Origin: Raillietiella orientalis
Taxonomy: Eukaryota
Length of the DNA stretch: 64,000 bases
Direction of reading: 5' to 3'
NCBI GenBank assembly: GCA_036172245.1
Contig: JAYWIR010000010.1
Span: 4,402,001 to 4,466,000 of the forward strand
Part shown: piece after piece, positions 14,237 through 27,519 of the stretch
How positions within the stretch are numbered: the stretch's first letter is position 1
How the letters are laid out: each line of letters opens with the position of its first letter
The notes under the pieces: generated by a model
Database searches by the model: none
Told to the model about the DNA's origin: nothing
What the model saw: the letters and a program-made list of their open reading frames with translations, nothing else
Position numbers and translations under genes: made by a program

Positions 14237-15041
14237 TTTGCCCGTGAACCCTATCGCCTCCGCGAGTTCGCCGTCGTTTCTTTTCCTCCGTTTTTTTTTC
14301 CTCTTCCTTCTTCTTTCTTCTTGCAAAATTCCGACGGGACCCGGGGGGTACGTCGAAACAACGCTGACAGGGGGGAAAGTCCATTCACGTTGCGCGGAAT
14401 GCAAACAATCCCGCGGTTCCGATCAAGCAGGGCAGAAAGAAAGAAAAAGTGGGGCCGTATCGGAAACCTCCGTCGTAAATTTCGAGGAAACGGCGGTTTA
14501 TCGTAGGGAGCCGATCAACAAGCGGAGAAATGCTGACGAGGGCAACCCCGTTTTTTCCAGGAGGAGCGAGAAGCGGTGGCGCCGCTTGCGTACGCGCCCG
14601 TTTTTATTGGTTCGCGAAAGGGCCTCCTCGTACGGGGGAACCCACGTGACGAGGGAACACGTTTCCGTGGCGATGGCGAGGATCACAGGTGCACGCACAC
14701 CCGACACCTCGGATCCGAAATTCGGCTTGATGGCGATGGCGCCGGTCCGAAACCTTGACCGCCGCTCTGGGTGCCGCCGTGAGATTTCCCGAGGACAGCG
14801 GAGGGACGAGGGCGCGGCTGGATCAGTCAGGCGTGGGGCAGCAGGGCACGGAGGGAACCCACGCGAAGGAAGGAGAGCGCCGCCGGAACGCGGGACGACG
14901 AACGAAACCGAAAGCGGCGCACTCGGCGGACCGCACGGCGACCGCTCGCTTCCAGCTGACCCATTCGTGCCCGCGAGGAATTCCTGTGGGTTTCGCTCCT
15001 CTGCCTTTGGTTTCTCATCTTTTCGTTTCCAACACACGCAG

Positions 15042-15075
15042 GGAGAGAGAGCGAGAGAGAGAGAGAGAGAGAGAG
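15042..15075. repeat. (GA)n microsatellite
   Basis: GAGAGA tract followed by poly-A. Confidence 0.9.
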
Positions 15076-16767
15076 AAAAAAAAAGAATCATCAACGGAAT
15101 CGCATGCTCGCGGAACATTCTCGAAACACCCAAAGAGTGTAAGAGTGCATTCCTCGATTTTTCATCTCCTCGAAGAGAGGCACCACCTTCGCGAGCTATA
15201 ATTACTTTGCTCAAATGAATTCTCATCCCGCGCAACGCTGCAGCATTTGCAAATCATCTTCCTCGCCCAGCTGTAAAACGGAGTCCGTTCCGAGCAGACT
15301 CATTAATCAGAAACGCTATTTTTAGACGAAATTTTTCTTTCGAAAATCATTAAGGCTTGTAAAGAAGCAAATAAAAAGAGAAAACGGAACCTGGACCAAA
15401 AAGAACCTGCGCTCCCATAAAACGAAAACGATCCCAAAGCGTGCGCGTCTGCAAGAAGGAAAGAAAGAAAGGAGAGGAACAAGCGTTTCAGGTTTCTAAA
15501 AATACAAGCTAGAAGATTGCGAGATAGATTTGCTGCTGTTTCCAGTTCCTCTTTCGGAGTACGTTGGCACCAGTTTTGGAGGAATCCCCTCTTCGGGGGA
15601 ACTTCCAGGATCAGTTCCGCGCTAGCCTCGACAAAGTGCCGTTCGAACCCGCCGGCATGCACGCTGGAAATCACAGGAGCAGCAGCAGTCTTTCGCTGGC
15701 GCGCTGTGCTTTCCTCGAGGGTCCCTCCGGACGACAAGGCCTTCGCTGTCGTTGCTGGCAGTCGGCGACGCCCTGCTGCTCTCCCTCTTCTTTTACAAAA
15801 AAAGGGAGCCATGCTGCGAACCGAGGAGGAGCCGGGAAGTGAGTGCGAGAGGCGGCGAACGCAAGAGAAGGTGTCCCAGCAACGGGCGGACGACAAGCGA
15901 AGCTTACCGAGACTGCTGGTGGAGCGTTCGGGTTTTGGAGATCCCCGCGAAACGCGCGTCGGCGCCGCAGCGCCATCGAGCGGAAGAAGAACCCCCGCGC
16001 GATCCTTGTTGCCACGCGAGGCGCGGGATCATCGTCATCGTCAGCAACTCCGGTTGCGGCGCTGCTTTGCCCAGTGCCAAGTCTGTTCCCCCGCTCACCC
16101 CTGCCGCCCTCCGACAAGAAAGCGGCCGGCGTGATTTGCACGCTTTCGCTTTCGGCAGGGGGATCAAAAAGACGGGCTGTAGGCTGCGCAGCGCCGGCGA
16201 GCGGCCCCGACACCGCGCGTGGCACACGCGTACGCAAACAGGGATCTGCAGGCTCCGTGGGGGCACGAGCGCGCGCAGTCTCCGCTCCGAGCCGACGCGT
16301 GGTCAGGTTTCGCACCTTCCCCGGGAAAGAGAGTCAAGGGGCGCGTTCCCTGTCGGGGACTCCCGCATCCCCGCTTCGAGCTCGAACGATCTCCGTGCCT
16401 CGCGGAGCGCGCGCCCTCCCTGCACAGCGGTTTCCCTCCCTCCCTTTTCCTTACGAAATCCCCGGAGCGATTGGGGGTGGCAGACTTTGACTCCCGGACT
16501 CTCCGGAAGGGACTCCTCGTCCGAACCGGGAGAGAAAAGAAAACCTTTCGGCTTTCCTTCCGATGCCCCCAACTTGCAGTCACTCATCAAAGTCCCACAA
16601 GCATTTGTGGAAGAGATTCCATCTCAGCCTAGAGCAAGGTGGCTGCCGGCACCAAAGAACCACTGACCAGGTAAACACGCCCACGCTGACGGCGACGAAC
16701 CAATGCGTGGTGGCGGCATCCCTCTTTTTCCCTAAATCTCTCTGGAAGCACATTCCTTCGACCAGAT

Positions 16768-17484
16768 GGCCCACGTTGGCGGCCGCGTGGCACCAGGCGT
16801 CGCGGGTTCGAATCCCTCGTGGAGGATCGAAGCCAGAGAAATAATGGGGGGGTGGAGGTCGGGGGAGGGGTTGCGAGTTTGGAGTCACCCCGCAGGATGG
16901 TGCTGGTTGGCTTGCAGGTTTCGGGTACGGCACTGGCGGAAGCCGGAAATCGGATGACCCCGTAGACTGGCCGGGATTGTAAGTTGACCCCTTGGGGTCC
17001 TTCCAAGAATCAAGGAGTCGGTTCCCACCGATTGTGGAAACGGAGCCGTACCTTCCTCGGGGCATTGCCCCTCCAGAGTGTAAGAAGAGCGCTGCTGCTC
17101 CCTTCGGGAACGACTCTTCAGAGAAATTTGGGAGTCCCTTCTGGGTTCTCTTCAGAAAAGGAAACAAGGAGCAGATCCTGTCTGGAGTTCCCTCGGGAAA
17201 AGAAATTCCAGGAGCGGATCCTTTCCAGGGGTCCCTTCGGAGAAGAAACGAGGAGTCCCCCCTCCAAAAAGAACAAGGAAGAGGTTCCCTTCGGAGTTCC
17301 CTCCCAAGCCTAAGAGGAACGGACTGCTTCCTCCGGAGTCCTTCCTGGATCCATAGGGTGGTCTCCTCCCGGAGTTACCCCCTGTGCCTTGAAGAGTGAC
17401 ACACCCTCTGGCGGTGTGGACGGCCTCAAAGAGCTGTGTGAGCCTCCTTAAGAAGGCGAACGGTTCTTCGAGTATTTAGTGACC
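16768..17484 (+). mobile_element. tRNA-headed SINE-like element, copy A
   Basis: Starts GGCCCACGTTGG and has B box GGGTTCGAATCCC. Shares the blocks TTCGGGTRCGGCACTGG, GCTGCTCCCTTCGGGA, CCTGGATYCATAGGG and terminal AAAGAGCT...GGCGAACGGYTCTT with the other copies. Confidence 0.8.
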
Positions 17485-20374
17485 AGCCACGAAATACTTT
17501 CGGAAGCGCAGAGCGAGCTTTGCCGGGGTCGATCAGCAGGAAGTTATGGAAACGACGCTGCGGGTGGTTTTTCCTCCTTGGAAGTGCCTCCCGGGTTTAC
17601 TGGGGTTTGAGTATGACACTATTGATAAATTTCATTTTAAAGTGATATACCCTTCGCCCCGGGGCCCATCGAGGGCCCGTCTTGCGTTCCCGGTCGAAGG
17701 AGTGCGGCGGGCGCGAGAGGAGACGGAGCCGAATTCGCGCGGACGAATTTCGAGGAAGACACCGGCGACAGACGCGGAAGGTTAGCGGAACCTTTCGTTC
17801 CCGGGGCGCTTTCCGCTCCTTCCGGGACTCGATGCCGCACCGGAGTGCCAGAGACAGCTCCGCCGGGTACGTTCAACGCCTTCCTCCCCCTATGACGAAG
17901 TTGGGGTGCTGGAGAGGGTCGCGCCAACTTTCTTTCGGAAGACCGCCGCGCGCACGCTCGGTCGATTCTGGATGAAGTTCGCATCCGGATGACGTCACGA
18001 ACGAGCTGGAAGCACAAGCTGGCAGCGGCCCATCTTCGGAGACGTGCAGGAAGCGATCCCGGTTCTCCGAACCGGTGGGTGCTCGTGTTCCCGTCCGCAA
18101 GCCGGTTCCCGATCAGCTCCGACGCACGACCGTACCCTTGCGGTCGCAGTCGATTTGCGCGCAGCTAAACTTCTGAAGCTCCCGGAACGCGTGGGTTTTT
18201 TCCGGCCGTCTTCCCCGCCTGCCCGCGCTCCTGCTGGCGCAACGCATTCATCAACCATTTGTTTCAGCGGTCGGCACGTGCATGGTGCACCCAGTCGCCA
18301 TAAGGCAAGCAGAGTGACAGCTCGAGTCCCCTGCTCTCCAGCATCTACTTCGAGTTGGTGCCGAGAGCACACAGGGGGACTCCGGCAGCCCTGCCGAGCT
18401 CCCTGCATGCTCTCATCTTGGAGTGTAAGGTGTACGTGTGGACACATACATGTGCCGGCCGCTGAAAAACAACGAAAAAACACCCCGCATGCACACACGC
18501 TAACTACTGTAACTATCGTAACGGGATCGAGGAATGCGGGCCCGCGTATTCTTCTCGAATGTTCTTTGTTTACGATCCTGCGCACTGCTTTTTCGAGGGC
18601 GGGACGGCCCGCAAGGGATTCGCGTACCCAAACCCCAGCATCCCTTCCGAATGTGCGATGCGTTGTATCCTGGCGACGGAGCACGCCCACTTGCAAGCGC
18701 CTCGGCGGCCGTCCTCGAGGAAGCAAACCGACGGAAAGAGGCGGACTGAAACGAACGAGGGAAGAAGCCCCCAGCCGCCTCAGTTCGGGTGTGCACGGCC
18801 GAGAAGAACGCTGGAGGTCGCTGCTGGAGTTGGGAAGGCACGTCAGATCGAAGTCCCGAGGCGGGAACTTTTACCACCGGAACTTTGGTACTCGCTAGGA
18901 AAACGGAAAGGGAAATTGCCGTTTCGCGCGCCATGCGCGGGTGCGCCGCACGCGCTGTCAGCGCTCGGAACTTCTTCGCAGGGTGCTACTGCCGTCTCCC
19001 CGGCAACGAGGGCCTCGGCAACGGGCGTTTCGACCTCCCTCCGGTGGCGAAGGAGGCGCCCGCCTCGCCGCCTGCCCTGCGGCGTACCTGCGTCGCAATG
19101 CGGAAGGAGATGACGGCACTTCGAGTGGAGTCTGTACGCTTGCGGGGAGGGGAGGGGAGGCGAAGAGGGTCCGACCCCGCGGACGCCGGCAGGGAGGACG
19201 CAGGCGCAGATCGGGCAGAAACTCGCCGATTCGCAAGGCATGACGGAACGCGCAATTTCCCTCCTCCCCCCGAGCCGTGCTCGGAAGCCGGGAGCTGCAC
19301 GCGCGCGCTCGGGCCCTGGGGCCGCGAGCCCAGTACCGGAGGACGATTCCTACCTCGTCCCTTCTGGGTAGAGGGAACCGTCTCTGCGCAGGCACATGCG
19401 CACTCGTAGAAGATCCAGCGAAAAAGAGGCAACAGAAAATCCCACCCACTCCCTCCCTCACCCACCCCCCACAAAAAACACGCACACACACAGCAGCAGC
19501 AGCAACAAAAAATAAGTTTGTTGTACTAATCGAGATAAGGGAGAACAGAGCAATAAATCCACTGCGCTTGTGGCGATCAGCATCGACGGGGACACAAAAA
19601 ACAAGGGGGGGGGAGGGGGGGGGGGAATTCATGCGTGTTTTGCTTTGCTTTGCTTTTTCGGGGGGGGGCGGGAGGAGAAGGAGGAAGTCGTGTGCTGCAG
19701 AGGTCTGGAATGATTTGTGGTACACCACACCTTAGCGTACACTGCAAACTGCACGTAGCCGCAGCAAGCGCAGCTCCCCCCGTCGGAGCTTCCCGCAGCC
19801 AGTACTTTGGGTCTGCGCATGCGCGCGCAACGCTGCCGGTTATACAGCAAACATCCCGAACAGACAAACTAAAAACAACAGCAGCAGCAGCAACAGCAGC
19901 AGCAAAAAGAAAAAAAGAAGCGTGGAAGATTCTTCGAAACCACAGTGGAAAAAGGAAAAGGGCACTCCTCGAATCGCCCCCTCCCCCAGCAATTCCAGAG
20001 CGCCACCACCACCACCACCACCAGCCGGTCTCCCTGCAAACTCCGCATTTCACGGGCAAGACTTTTCCTTCTCGCTTTTGACGTTTTACGACTGGCGCAA
20101 CGTGCTCTAAAAGTTGCCGACACTTCCGTGTCAAAATTTCAAGTTTCTACAGGATCGGCGAGCGTCTTACCCATCTTTGTTTGAAACAGCCTTTCTTTTT
20201 TTTTTCGTTTTTGTTTTGCTCGTGCATTCTTCCATCCTCCCCCACCCACACCTCATTACCATGGAGACGTTCGGCATTCGGTTCAACCTCCGTTGTTGGT
20301 CGTCCGGCTCGCGCATCGCGCGCGAGTAACTCCTTGCAATGGAAACAACAACAAAAAAAAAAAAGAAAAAAACG

Positions 20375-21175
20375 CTGACACCCCTGACTGGAAGACCTCC
20401 ACACCCGGTCCGTCCAGCTTACGGACGCTGCGGCCCCGAGTGCTCCACACCGAGGACTTTTGCCGTGGAACGAGCTACTGGATATTCCGGAGGAAGAAAT
20501 GCAGTGGCTCCCAGTGCTTTTGGACGCAGGCAACCCTCTCCTTCCTTAAAGTGGCAGGAGTCTGCGCCGATGCTACTGCACTGGGGTTTCCCGTGCAACA
20601 CCCAGAGGCATCAATGGACCCGGAGATGTGTGGACTCGAATTGTGCCAGGTGAGAGGAAAGCGAAGCCCTCTCACACCTGCTTATGGATTGTGTTGTTGC
20701 CCTCCGGTCCCTCTGAGAACGCCTTGCCGCGACCCTGGGAACTCCCGGCGGCAACTCTGGGGACGCTTTACGACCCCTCCTCCTACGCGACGCCCTTCGG
20801 ACGGCAGCCTCGCCAGCAGCTCTTTGCTGCCTACGTAGGACTGACATGGAGCCACACGCAAGGGGAGGGCGGAGTGACAAAGGTGCCACATGCACTTTGC
20901 CGTCCGCTTCACGAGGATGGCAACGAAATGGCCCCACCTAAAGGACAGCATGCAGCAAGAGCTTGCCAGCATCCTCGAAAAGATGCAGTGACCCCCCCAG
21001 CGGAACGTAATCCCTCTCCCTATCTCCAAATTTATTCATTTATTTTTCTTTTTGCTTGCCCCTTCCCTTCTGTTGCCGTGATGGACCTTGCCAGTCTGCG
21101 TACCGGTAGCAGGCAGACTCCCGTTGGAATGCACGTTCTTTGCACATATTTATTTTCTATATATGAAATAAATCC
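20375..21175 (+). mobile_element. 5'-truncated decayed L1/Tx1-like LINE 3' fragment
   Basis: NCAR*EESEALSHLLMDC zinc-knuckle remnant, similarity to 43.2-43.9 kb including 3' UTR block GGACCTYGCCRGTCTGC, and AATAAA at about 21167. Confidence 0.58.
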
Positions 21176-21603
21176 CCCGGAACCCCCGGGTGAGAATCCA
21201 CTCCCAGTCTGAGAGGCCCCCAGGGAGCAGCACACTTTCTTACTTCTCGAGCCCTCATTCCGAGACGCGCGGTGTTCGCTGCGCCGCGAGAAGGGGAGGT
21301 AGAGAGGGGGCGAACGCTGCTGCTCCTACAGGGAGCGCTCTTAAGAACGTCCGGCCTCCAGCTGCCGAAGTTCAGGGATGCGAGCGCGGACCCTTTACGG
21401 ATGAGGGATGCGCGCGTCCGCAGACGGAGATGCGCGCGCAGCCCTCATGCCCCAGGCGAGCAAGAAGCCGCGGTTGGGTCCCTCCAATGCTTCCGTTCCA
21501 GATCTCGGTGAGAGTGATTCTACGTAGATTCGCGTTGCTTGGGAAGAAAGCCCCGAATAGGGCGCACGTCCCCTCCGGGCAGGAAAGGATAAGAAAGGAA
21601 AGA

Positions 21604-22320
21604 GGCCCGCATTGGTGGCGGCGGCCATGCGGCTGTAGTGCCCGCGTGTGGCACCGAGCGTCGCGGGTTCGAATCTCCCACGTGAAGGATCGGGGGTGCG
21701 TCGTGGGTTTCGAGTTCCCCTTCCCTTCCTTAGGATGGCGCTGGTTGGTCTGTTCGGGTGCGGAGGCACTGGAAGAAGCCGGATGGCCCCGTCGAGTGGC
21801 CGGGATTGGAAGTCGACCCACCGGGGTCAGGAACCCTTTAGGGCTGACCTCCGGTTGTGAAAAGGGAGCCTCACCATGGCAGGTTCGGTACCTCCCTCGG
21901 AGGTTGCCTCTTCAAAAAGTCTAGAGGAAGGGCGCTGCTCCCTTCGGGAAGAGACCCTTCAGAGAAATTGGGAAGCATTTCTTTGGGGCCCTCTTCGGAG
22001 GAGAAAACCAGGAGCAGATCCCTTCCGGGAAGTCCCTCCGAAAAGGAAAATGAGGAGCGATCACCTCCGGAGAGAACAAGGAAGAGGTGGTTCCCTTCAG
22101 AGTTGCCTACGAGGCGCAAGAGGAACACGGACTCGTCCTGCGGAGCCCTTCCTGGATTCATAGGGTAGTCCCCTCCCAGGGTACTCTCTATATCCTGAAG
22201 AAGGCTCCATACACACCCTGGATGGCGTGGATGGTGCCAAAGAGCTTCGTGAGCCCCCCGCAAGGAGGCGAACGGCTCTTCGGCACTCGGCGAACCAAAA
22301 GGAAGAAAAGAAAAAGAAAG
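21604..22320 (+). mobile_element. tRNA-headed SINE-like element, copy B
   Basis: Starts GGCCCGCATTGG, B box GGGTTCGAATCTCC, same internal blocks and an A/G-rich tail. The purine-rich flanks resemble a decayed TSD. Confidence 0.82.
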
Positions 22321-25300
22321 GCAGTTCTCATCTCGGTGGCGGCCGCAAGGGTCAGAGGGGGGGGATTCGTTCCCGCCTTCCAACCGCGCTGCTCGGGGCA
22401 GCGTCACTTCCGGACGCGAACCCGACCCGCCGCGAGAGAGCCCTCGGGCGATATGTTCCCCGTGCGAGGGGGTCCTGTCGCCCGCGGATCCCAATCCCAC
22501 CGCGACGAGAAGACTCTACGCTGCCCTCCTGGGTAGGGGAGAACGAGGTGCGGAGGGAGGGAGGGAAAAGAGTTCCGGGCCGGAAGAACCGATGCCAGAG
22601 CTATGAAGGCGGGGAACTCGGGAAGAACCGGAAATCGAAAAGGGGAGGGGAGGGGGAGGGGAGTCGCCCGAGGGATAAAACTGATCACCTCGACCTGGAG
22701 ATCCTGCTGATCTCCCCCCCTTCCTTACTTCGGTCCCCGCGCAGAGGAAGGTGCCGAACGCGACGAGCGTTCCTGCGCGGAAGTCGAGCTGCAGCACTCC
22801 GCCCTCGCCTCGACTCAAATCAGTTGAAAGGAAAGCGCCGTCGCAGCGACCGTCCCCTCCCCTCGGGGTGCGCGCTCTCCGGGCAGGGGAAGGAAGGGGG
22901 GGAGTTGCCCATGGTGCGGCCCTGTCTCTCCACGACACCCGGAGCGCGCAAAGCGCCCGTCCGTCTTCCGTTTCCAAGGGCAACCGTGCCAGGCCGCGAC
23001 TCTCTCCGGGGCTGCCGAGATGCTATCGGCAGAAACCCCGGCGGGCGGGCGGGAAGGCAACTCCTGCGTCCCCGGAATTCTTCCCGCTTTCCTGGGCGTG
23101 GGACTGCCACCGCCCGCGTCTCAAAACTTCAAGGAAGCGTCCATTCGAGATGGACCGCCGTGCACGCTCTATGCGCCCCCTTCCTGCGATCCCGGGCACT
23201 CCGTTGCGACCCCCGGAAGCGGTTTCCGCTCCCCGCGAGGAGTGTCCGTCGCGCCTCTGTGGCCGGCGACGTGGACAGCGACGTTCACGACCGTCCGAGA
23301 AGCGAAAGGGAAAACGGCCGGGTAGGGGGTCTTTCTAGGACGAATAATCGCAGTTGGTTCTCTTCTTCCCAGTCCCGTTCGGGAGCTCCAGCCGCTGGCA
23401 AGCGATCGTCGCCTGCCTGCTGCCTAATGGATTCTTCAGTGACATCCTCGCACGCTGGTCGGAGAGATGGCGGACAGGTCGGCAGCCGCGGGCCCGTCCG
23501 TGCGGGCAAAAGCCGTAGTCGTCCAACCGCGGAGCGGACGAGGGGGGGAGCAAATAAATAATTTAAAAAAAGTATGGCCGGCTCCGGGGCCGAAGAAACT
23601 GGTTCGGAGTCGCAATGACGGCGGACGAGTTTTTACGTCTGTTTACTTCTTCTTCTTCCGTTTCTTTGTCTACGACCTGCGATCGTTTCACTTCGATCGC
23701 CCCTTCGCCGGCGGATGTGAAGGCCATCATATCCGCCGGCGATGCGGCCGGCGCGCCCCCCTCTCCCTCACACACACAGACAACCTAGCTCGTACCACCC
23801 GAGGGAGCAAGGAGAAGCGAGAACTCATGCGGGGGTGCTGCTGCTGACCGAAGAAGGGGGACATCCCAGACAAGAAGAACTGATGCTCAAAGGGCAAGAA
23901 TCCGGGAAGAGCAGAAAATCCAAAAAGCGGGGGGGGGGGAGAGGAAGTCGCCTGAGTGACATAGCCCTGAGCGCCCTTGCCGGGAGCGCCATATGCGAGG
24001 GAGCACGAGGGGACTCCTCCAGGGAACGGCGCAGCAGCCACGCGGTCCATCCGCGCCCTTTTCGCTGGCACGATTTTCCACCTCGAACTGGAAGAGATGC
24101 GGCGTTACGCTGCTCGGGAGCCCCTAGGAGTGCACGACCCGAGGTTTCTGGTTCTCCGCCGGGAACCCCTTCTCTGTTTCGATCCGGAGCAGGCAGGCGC
24201 CAGCGGCGTCCCCGAAGACGAAATCGGAAGACCCGGGATCGGAAGATCCTGAAGATGAAGTGGAGGAGGAAGGGGGGACGAGGAGGAAGAGGAAGGATCC
24301 CTGGGAGCAGCGCGCGTCCCGGGTCGCCAGCTGCAGGGAAAGACAATGCGGTCGGACCTGAGCGAACACGTCCTCCGAGTGCTCCCTGGACCGTGGACCC
24401 CCATGCATCCCGGGACCGCTCGCGGGAGGAAAGAGGGAGGAGGAATAAGGTCGATCGCCACTCCTCCCCATCCCCATCCTGCATATGACGTTTGGAATCC
24501 ATCGTATCGAGGAGGACTTCTTTGCGGGCGATCGCGGCTGCTCCTCTTTCGGGGAGGACTGCAGGCGCATCGGTAGGCTCCCGCCGGAGGTTCGCGAGTC
24601 TCCAGCCGCGACTGCTGGGAGCGCTTTCGTCGAGCTGCTCCTGACGACAGTCGCAAGCCTCGCCGATGACGACGACGACGACGCAAACGAGGAACGAGGA
24701 AAACTCGTGAATGAATAGAGGAATAGACGGCGGGAGAACGAGCGCGTCCGTGGCGGTGGAGACGGCAGGAGAGAAGCGGGAGACGGGTGACAGGAAGGGG
24801 GAGGGAGGGGAGAACAGAAAACCCGCTGCATCCGTCCACTCGCCACAAGGCCATCCAGGCGCACGACCGGAACGCCCCGAAGGGAGAAGAGCACACGCGG
24901 TCGCCGCTTCACGCGAGACCGGCTGGCAACGTGGCCAGCCGAGCGGAAAACGTCCCCTGCGGGTCCTTCTAGGAGTCAGCGCATCTCCGACACGCGTTCG
25001 TATCGAGTGCCCACGCCGCCTACCGGCATCTCTGAGTGGCGCGAGCCACGGTCCACTCTTCACGGACCCAGGAAGCGCGGAAAAAATGGTGCATCATCCG
25101 AAGAGGGAGGGGGTGAGGTGACCACCTCGCAGGCAATTCCACTCCCCCTTCTCGCCCCCTCTCTTCACCCTCCACCCTCAGAAAAACTCGCTCTCTCGAA
25201 GACGGGGGTCACGACGGGAGTCTCTCGGGGTAGGCGGCAGAGCTACATAGGGCCAAGGAGGAGGAGGGAAACTTCATTTCCTGGATCTCCTTCCCCTACA

Positions 25301-26449
25301 GCTTTTCCTAACCCAATACGGTGGTGCGGGAGGAGACGGAGCTCTGCAACGTCGAGAAGCGCCCCAGCAACGTCGGACAGGCGATCTCGGTAATGCGTGT
25401 GTCCGTCGAAACGCAAGGACCGCTGCCCCTCGGCGAGCGGCCCTGTAAGGATCGGGGCAAAAAGGCAACAAAGGAAGGTTCCCTGTGAGTCTCCCTTCCG
25501 CCCCGCTCCCTACCTGTGAAGACAGAGATGGGCGGCGGGAAGGGGGGCACAGTGTCCTCCACCCCCCATAGAGGACGGCACCGTCGCCGCCTAAGGGGGT
25601 GATAGAGGTGACCCACGCAGGAGCCGGGGCAAATCTCTTCGCGCAAGCGTAGCTCCGCCTTGTGTGGCCGACGACGTGCTGCAGGGTGTGTGCGCACTGC
25701 GAGCAGCCACCTCGGAGCGGCTGCTTAGCATGCATGCGATCACCTTCTCTCGCAGCCCCTTCATCCTTTTTCTGAGGAAGATCAGGAGGAGGAGCAGGAG
25801 AAGGAAGGGAAGAAGTGGGGAAGAAGAAAGGAAGGGCAGAGAGCAATTAGAACCAGGGCTGAAACCGCCTCTCCGCCTCGGCCATCTTTTCTTCCCCTCT
25901 TTCCTCCATCTTCTGCGTGCAAAGAAGAGCAGCCAGAAACCAAGGTTCCTCCTATTCCTCCTCTCCTCCCACGCATTCACTCATGCGCGTGTATGCGGGA
26001 CAGAAAACACGACGAAGGGAAATCTGGGATGGAGGCAACGATCCGCTAAAGCCCTTTTCTGCTGGTGCGCAACCGGCGAAAGCGGTTCAGGGAAGTTGCT
26101 GGGATGTTCGCGCGCGAGCGCACCCACGGCCGGCAGCCGCCTCATTCGCGTCGGAGTGCGGTGGGGATGCCTCTCTCTGCGGGGGGGGGGAGGCGACCTC
26201 GCCCAAGGCAAGCAGGCGATGCTCCGCGGACGGAGGGGAAGTTCCGCAAACGTGCGGCCACCACGGGTCATGGCGGGAGCGGAAGCAGAAGGAGCGGGTC
26301 CGCTCGGCGGCGCCGATCCAGCTCCCCCACTGCAAGGAGGCGACCCTGGACGCAGGGGTGGCTGAGAGGCGCCTGAGAAAGAGGCGGACGATGCGCGCCC
26401 TCTATTCCTCCTCTGAAGACGCGGTCGGCATGCGCCCCTACGAGCTGTG

Positions 26450-26760
26450 AAACCGGAAGTACAAGAATCAAGGGGTGGCAGCGACTCTCTTGAAAGGACC
26501 AAATCCTTCGCCTCTAGAGATGTTCGGGTGACCGTCCGAACCCCAATCCTGCCACTCTGGGATCCTTAAAGTGATCCGTCATGCAACGAATGGAGATCCT
26601 GCAGCCGTCCTTCCGCAAAATAAGCGCCGGACATTGCTTCTGACATCTAATATGACCGCGATATCCACTGAACCCATGGATTGGGACATCTCTCTGGTGA
26701 CGAAAACGAAGAGCACGTCGACGCCCAAGAAAAAAACCTCGTTCCAACTGATGCGATGTG
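26450..26760 (+). mobile_element. Decayed LINE AP-endonuclease fragment
   Basis: NQGVAATLLK ... ILKVI ... TLLLTSNMTAI follows the order of APE motifs GVAIL / INVYAP / LILGGDFN, heavily degenerate. Confidence 0.4.
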
Positions 26761-27519
26761 AACGGGTCGCTTCTTGGGAGTCTCAGCATCACATCACACG
26801 AACGAAACAAGAGAGTGGAAAACATGTGCGCGTGAGGAAGATGAACAACGAGAAGAATTCTCGTGATCGAGAGCGTAAAGAGCCGCTTGAAGAACCGCTG
26901 GGGGTGGAGCAGATGGTGGCTGGTGGTGAAGATGAAGAAGATGGCCACTGGTGGAGAAGATGGTGACTGATGGTGCTGAAGATGGTGAAGAGAGTAAAGA
27001 ACTAGTCCTGTCCCTTCATGCTATGCAATCGGTCAGTTCAGTTCATAGAAGGGGAAGGCAACTCCCAAAAGGGGACGTTCCGAGCAGCAGTGAGCATTCT
27101 GACGAGGAAGCAGGTGTCTTCGTGAAATGCAACCCGAAACAAGCGAGTAATCGCAACTTCCCCAGGGCAACCAGTCACAGCTCTTTCTCATTATCTCGAG
27201 CGCTGCTGCAGGTCTAAGATGCGCGTCGCCTCCCCTGCATCTCGTTCCTTTCCACGCTTCTTCCCTTCACTTGCTCTTCCGGCACTTTTTTGCTTCTGTG
27301 ACCTGCGCAGGAACCACCTTTTTACCCATGCCAGTCGGGATCGCGCCGCTCAGATTCGTCCCCGACGACTACGCATAGATAACGACGAAAGAGGGTGGTG
27401 GAAAGAAACAGATGAAGAAAGTGGAAGGGCGGACGGAGGAGAAGACGACGTTTCCATCGTCTTCTCCGTCCGTCTCTTCCGTCTCTTCAACTCATCCTAC
27501 GTTTCCAAAGGTTCCCATC

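Noticed and set aside
16768..16825. Functional tRNA genes at the GGTTCGAATCCC motifs
   Set aside because: No complete cloverleaf in any copy, and they continue into a shared repeat body, so they were treated as SINE heads.
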